From positions 448,001-512,000 of the forward strand of contig CP084167.1 of NCBI GenBank assembly GCA_021513715.1: a DNA stretch of 64,000 nt. Direction: 5' to 3'. Source of the stretch: Candidatus Heimdallarchaeum endolithica. GTDB taxonomy: Archaea; Asgardarchaeota; Heimdallarchaeia; Heimdallarchaeales; Heimdallarchaeaceae. The notes below the pieces were generated by a model that saw only the letters and a list, made by a program, of their open reading frames with translations, did no database searches and was not told the origin of the DNA. This document shows, one piece after another, positions 60,051 to 64,000 of this stretch. Position 1 is the first letter of the stretch. Each line of letters starts with the position of its first letter. A program made the translations under genes and the position numbers.

Positions 60051-63000
60051 TTATGATGAATTTATTCTCCCTTCTATTATCATAACTTCTCTTGAATCTT
60101 TTATTTTTCTCATCTCATAGCTAATTTCCTTTGAGCTTTTGAAATTAGTAAAAACTTTATCAATTATATTTAAATTTCTCTCTTCAATTTCCTCTTTCTT
60201 TTTTAGTTCAGCTAGACTTAGATTATCATTATATCTTAATTTTAACCAATTATCAAGTTCAATATATTCAAACTTATTTTCTATGAGACTAGTAAGATCT
60301 GTTTTTAGTTTTTCTTTAAGATAAAGCTCATAAACTAAACAATTTGCTAGTTCATCAAAAAATGAAATTTTTTCTTCTATTTTTTTGTTTATTTGGCTTT
60401 TAGATACAAATTTGTCATAAAAGTACTGGTTTAGGAAAATTAACACATTTGCTAACTTGATAAAGATATGTTGCTCTACTTTTAGAAGTTCAGGTACTGG
60501 TACTCTTCTAACATATATTTCATCATATCTCGTGCTTCTAATAGCGTTTGAATAGATAAATTTATACAGCAACCATGCAAATAATTTTGAATTGTTGATT
60601 ATTAGAACGAATTTTAGATCAAGTTTGGTGTTTTTTGTAAAAGTACAAGATATAGTCTCGTAAACTAAGAGACCTTCAGGGTCGTAAACTGATTGCAAAT
60701 AGAAATGAGGATATGGATTCATAACATGAGCAATTGCTAATTGATTCAATATTTTTGGATTTAGTTGATAATTATATTCATTAAAATCAAATTTTTTTAG
60801 ATCGATAAAATCTGTGGGTTCTTTTAGACAATATTTATTTAATTGTTTTCCTCTAAATATTGGTGTAGTTCCCTTAAGCTTTTTGGCAAGTTTTTGCCAG
60901 TTTAATCCTCTTTTTAAGGTTAAATAATCCCCCCATCTTTTTTTGAATTTATTCATTATGAATAAAATTATTGATAGTTCTTCTTCAAATAAACCTGCTA
61001 GAAGTACTTGGTAATCCTTTAATACTGATTTACCTATTTTTGAAACTTCTTTTATCTTGTTATTGTAATATAAACCACTTATGTATTTATTTGACTTCTT
61101 GTTTAAATCAATAACAAAAATTACTTGCTCTAGTTTAACATCTTCAAAAGCTTTTCCAACATCAATAAGTCTTATTAAATTGCTATTTATGAAGTCAGCT
61201 GTTAAGTTCCAACCAAGAGAATAACAAAGTGACTTTGGAACTATATATGAAAAGTAAGATTCATCATTTAATAATTGTTTTCCTCTATATATAAAAAACA
61301 TTGCAGAATTTTTAATCCTACTTGTATGGAATGGAAATTTGATTTTTAGAATTTTAGATTCAATTTCGGAGAAATTACTACCATATGGAGGATTTCCTAT
61401 TATAATATCAAATCCACCCTTTTTTATAATATGTCCAAAATCAATTCTCCAGTGTAGGGGATTAAGATTTTCAAAATCAGATATGCTAATTGGTAGATTT
61501 TTAGGATTATGATTTGGATTAATTTTTTTATTAAAATGGTTGAGAAGAGCTTGGTTTATACTTTTATATATTGCAGCTCTTATTGTTTGTAAAATTTCCT
61601 TTAAATGTATTGCTCTCTCTCCATGAGCTCTTTTGTATATTGTGTATAAAATATAATATGATTTTATATAACCATCTAAATTTATTTTTTCTAAAAGTTC
61701 CTTAGCTTTTTTAAGTTCCTGTTTTTCATTAATGGAATTAGCAATTAGTCCTTTAAATATTCCCTTTATTTCAGGAGTCATTGGATTAATTAGAGAAATC
61801 TGTGTTAAAGAATCATTTAGCCATCCAATTAAGCTATTACCAACTACAAGATTGTATTCAATATTAGGCAGTGCTTGAATTTCTTTTTCTTCTTTATAGC
61901 TAGAAACTAACCAGAGCCATAACCGCAATTTGGCTATTTCTATTGCCCCATCTAAAATGTCAACGCCGTAAAGATTTTCAGTGATAATTTCATGCTTTAT
62001 TTCATAGTAATTAGGCCTATTACCCAGTTTATTTAAAAGAGCGGTTTTTAAATAAAATAAAACTTCTCCTGCTTTTAATAGAAAAGCTCCAGACCCACAC
62101 GCGGGATCTAGCACTTTAATTTCACTAATAATTTTTAAAGCACGAATAATTTGTGAATCTGAAGCCTTTTTGAGAAAATCACTAATATCTTTGAAGTCAC
62201 CTCCTAATTTATTAAGTAAAAACGGATAAATAGTTTTTTTACTGATGTAGTCTGTTATCTCTTCAGGAGTATAATAAACACCTTTCTTCTTCCTTTCACT
62301 CTCTCCTTTTGTTACATCTTCTACTTCTTTTTCAAATCCTTTTAATTCCCACTCAACAACACTTCTTTCGTAAACATGACCTAGAATCTCTGGTGTTAAT
62401 ATTTTAGCTTCTTCTTCTTCAATTTCTTCAGTTAATTCTTCTACTTCTGATTCAATAATCCAGTAGTAGCTATTTAAAAATTCAAAGATTTTGAGCCAAT
62501 CTTTCTTTTTTAAAGATATTTGTAAGCGTTTTTCTTCATCTATCTCTCTAAATAATCCACCATTCAAGTATGGAATTCTAATCTTATAATTTCCAACTGT
62601 AAGAATATTTTGTTTATGTGGAGTATTAAATAAATTAAATGTTTTTTTAAGATTCTCTGTAAAATCATTACTTTCTACCAAAATATCAAAAAACACTTTT
62701 CCGCTAATTTGATTTCCATCACTGAATTTTATAATCTTCTTATGGCATAAGAAGTAAATAAAGAAGATTCTATCAAATATTTTTTGAGTAATTAGATATT
62801 TTTTAATTGGATCTATTTTATTTGTAATTGATCGAACAAGTAAGTCTCTCTTCAATTTAAAATGTTCATAAAATGTTCTAGAAATGTCTTTCGTTTGAAA
62901 TATAATATCAAAGTTTTCTCCAATTTTTTTCAGTTTATTTATTTTTGAAATGTTTTCTGCAGTTCTTTTTGAATAGATAAAATACCTTCTCTCTCCGTAA

Positions 63001-63260
63001 TTTCTGAAAAATACTATTTTTTCTTTTAAAAAAATAGCTACATGAGTAAGTCCTCTATCAATAAGAAAATGATTCTTTATTTCTTTTATTTTCTCTTCAT
63101 TAAATGCTTCGCATACTGTTAAAAGCTTTCTTTTACTAAGCTTAAGAAAAACTACTTCTTTATATTCCATGTCAGTATAAGAAACTTCTTCTTCAAAACC
63201 TTTTGATTTAAGAAACAAAATAAGGTTATTCTTACTATCCAAAATCTCTCTTATTTCCAT
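60051..63260 (-). CDS. Large N6-adenine DNA methyltransferase, type IIG/Eco57I-like with TaqI-C-type TRD (likely start MEIREIL at 63260)
   Basis: PYLNGGLF, ILGHVYE, GVYYTPE, LDPACGSGAFL, YGVDI, GNSL, FDIIIGNPPY. Confidence 0.88.
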   Translation of the reverse strand: MEIREILDSKNNLILFLKSKGFEEEVSYTDMEYKEVVFLKLSKRKLLTVCEAFNEEKIKEIKNHFLIDRGLTHVAIFLKEKIVFFRNYGERRYFIYSKRTAENISKINKLKKIGENFDIIFQTKDISRTFYEHFKLKRDLLVRSITNKIDPIKKYLITQKIFDRIFFIYFLCHKKIIKFSDGNQISGKVFFDILVESNDFTENLKKTFNLFNTPHKQNILTVGNYKIRIPYLNGGLFREIDEEKRLQISLKKKDWLKIFEFLNSYYWIIESEVEELTEEIEEEEAKILTPEILGHVYERSVVEWELKGFEKEVEDVTKGESERKKKGVYYTPEEITDYISKKTIYPFLLNKLGGDFKDISDFLKKASDSQIIRALKIISEIKVLDPACGSGAFLLKAGEVLFYLKTALLNKLGNRPNYYEIKHEIITENLYGVDILDGAIEIAKLRLWLWLVSSYKEEKEIQALPNIEYNLVVGNSLIGWLNDSLTQISLINPMTPEIKGIFKGLIANSINEKQELKKAKELLEKINLDGYIKSYYILYTIYKRAHGERAIHLKEILQTIRAAIYKSINQALLNHFNKKINPNHNPKNLPISISDFENLNPLHWRIDFGHIIKKGGFDIIIGNPPYGSNFSEIESKILKIKFPFHTSRIKNSAMFFIYRGKQLLNDESYFSYIVPKSLCYSLGWNLTADFINSNLIRLIDVGKAFEDVKLEQVIFVIDLNKKSNKYISGLYYNNKIKEVSKIGKSVLKDYQVLLAGLFEEELSIILFIMNKFKKRWGDYLTLKRGLNWQKLAKKLKGTTPIFRGKQLNKYCLKEPTDFIDLKKFDFNEYNYQLNPKILNQLAIAHVMNPYPHFYLQSVYDPEGLLVYETISCTFTKNTKLDLKFVLIINNSKLFAWLLYKFIYSNAIRSTRYDEIYVRRVPVPELLKVEQHIFIKLANVLIFLNQYFYDKFVSKSQINKKIEEKISFFDELANCLVYELYLKEKLKTDLTSLIENKFEYIELDNWLKLRYNDNLSLAELKKKEEIEERNLNIIDKVFTNFKSSKEISYEMRKIKDSREVMIIEGRINSS

Positions 63261-63264
63261 TTTT

Positions 63265-64000
63265 TCACCTAGTAAAACCAATTGCCATATAAGGATTTTT
63301 AGACTTAACAAGTTTTTGCTGGAATTGCTTTTTTGTAAAGCTTTTTTTAATACTATCTATCCATAACACAATTTTTTCTTCTGTAATCATATTTCTTTTT
63401 ATTTGTTTATGTATCTCTCTTACGACTTTTTCTGTGTTACTTCCACTTTTGTCTTTTACTTGCTTTAGGATTTCAATAAAACTCTCTATATTTGAATATT
63501 TTTGATTCAAAAACTCGGTCTGAATCTTATCTTCAATATTTCTTATCATTCTATCTAATGAATCTGTAAAGTAATAAGCATGTGTTTTCTCCTCTAATTC
63601 TCTTTTTAGATGTTGCTTAAATTTCTCTACTTCATCTTTAAATTCGATAGTGAAATGTATTTTTTTATCTACTTCTTTAATGGTAAAATTTTTAATAGAA
63701 TTTTCGTTAAAAGAGTTACCATCACCATAAAAAACAACTAAATTCTTATCGCCATTCAATAAGGTATACATATTGCATGAAGGAATGTTAATTTTATAAA
63801 TGTCTTCTCTTTTAATATTATACTTTTTTATAGCATTTTGTAGTAAAATAAGAATTGGTTTTGTGTATGGAATTGTTGTTTCTAATTTTTCAAATTTTCC
63901 TCTCCACTGATCTTTCCTTATGCTGTTTAAAACATTAAGATATAGTCTTCTATCTTTTTTCCGTCTTTGCTGTAAAAGTTCTTTTTCTCTTTCAAACCAT
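63265..64000 (-). CDS. C-terminal part of a larger gene running off the window, co-transcribed with the MTase
   Basis: The frame of ORF 63265..63771 stays open to 63999; its stop lies 4 bp before the likely MTase start. Confidence 0.7.
   Translation of the reverse strand, partial: WFEREKELLQQRRKKDRRLYLNVLNSIRKDQWRGKFEKLETTIPYTKPILILLQNAIKKYNIKREDIYKINIPSCNMYTLLNGDKNLVVFYGDGNSFNENSIKNFTIKEVDKKIHFTIEFKDEVEKFKQHLKRELEEKTHAYYFTDSLDRMIRNIEDKIQTEFLNQKYSNIESFIEILKQVKDKSGSNTEKVVREIHKQIKRNMITEEKIVLWIDSIKKSFTKKQFQQKLVKSKNPYMAIGFTR

Noticed and set aside
63261-63311. ORF-track N-terminal extension of the MTase (MLSLKILIWQ...)
   Set aside because: It overlaps the upstream gene. An AGGTGA RBS precedes the ATG at 63260, which is the more likely start.

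Overview
This is an AT-rich archaeal chromosomal window, probably from an Asgard (Heimdallarchaeia-like) lineage. That assignment is inferred from the nurA-herA-mre11-rad50 operon, a geranylgeranyl-reductase-family gene, and longin-like, LRR and PCI-like proteins. Housekeeping content: a DSB-resection operon, a K+-independent H+-PPase, msrB, tsaA, a tandem-fused double UvrA, MFS and VIT1 transporters, and a CheY-like receiver. The main signal is a set of six otherwise unrelated proteins that end in the same short C-terminal helix, I-D-x-L-L-x-x-[YF]-x-x-[WY]-x(3-5)-G-K-[KR]-x(1-2)-COOH (degenerate in the LRR protein). Three of them are giant integrin-alpha-like single-pass surface proteins (FG-GAP propeller, Ca-binding DxDxDG repeat stalk, TM); the other three are soluble coiled-coil or LRR proteins. 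In five of the six the tail follows a PCI-like winged helix, which suggests a modular receptor/adaptor docking system. A second hotspot (36.2-41.8 kb) is a decaying copB. Its catalytic core is cleanly inverted between two CATG palindromes, and its 3' end is duplicated (79-bp perfect core) around a two-gene cassette that resembles a secreted clan-CD-protease/hydrophobic toxin plus a small membrane immunity protein. The window also has two degenerate IS elements (IS481-like, IS5-like) and ends in a defence-island edge: an MNT with a nonsense-inactivated HEPN, a methylase remnant, and a type IIG/Eco57I-like N6-MTase. No rRNA, tRNA or CRISPR array was recognised. All calls come from reading the sequence by eye; no searches were run.
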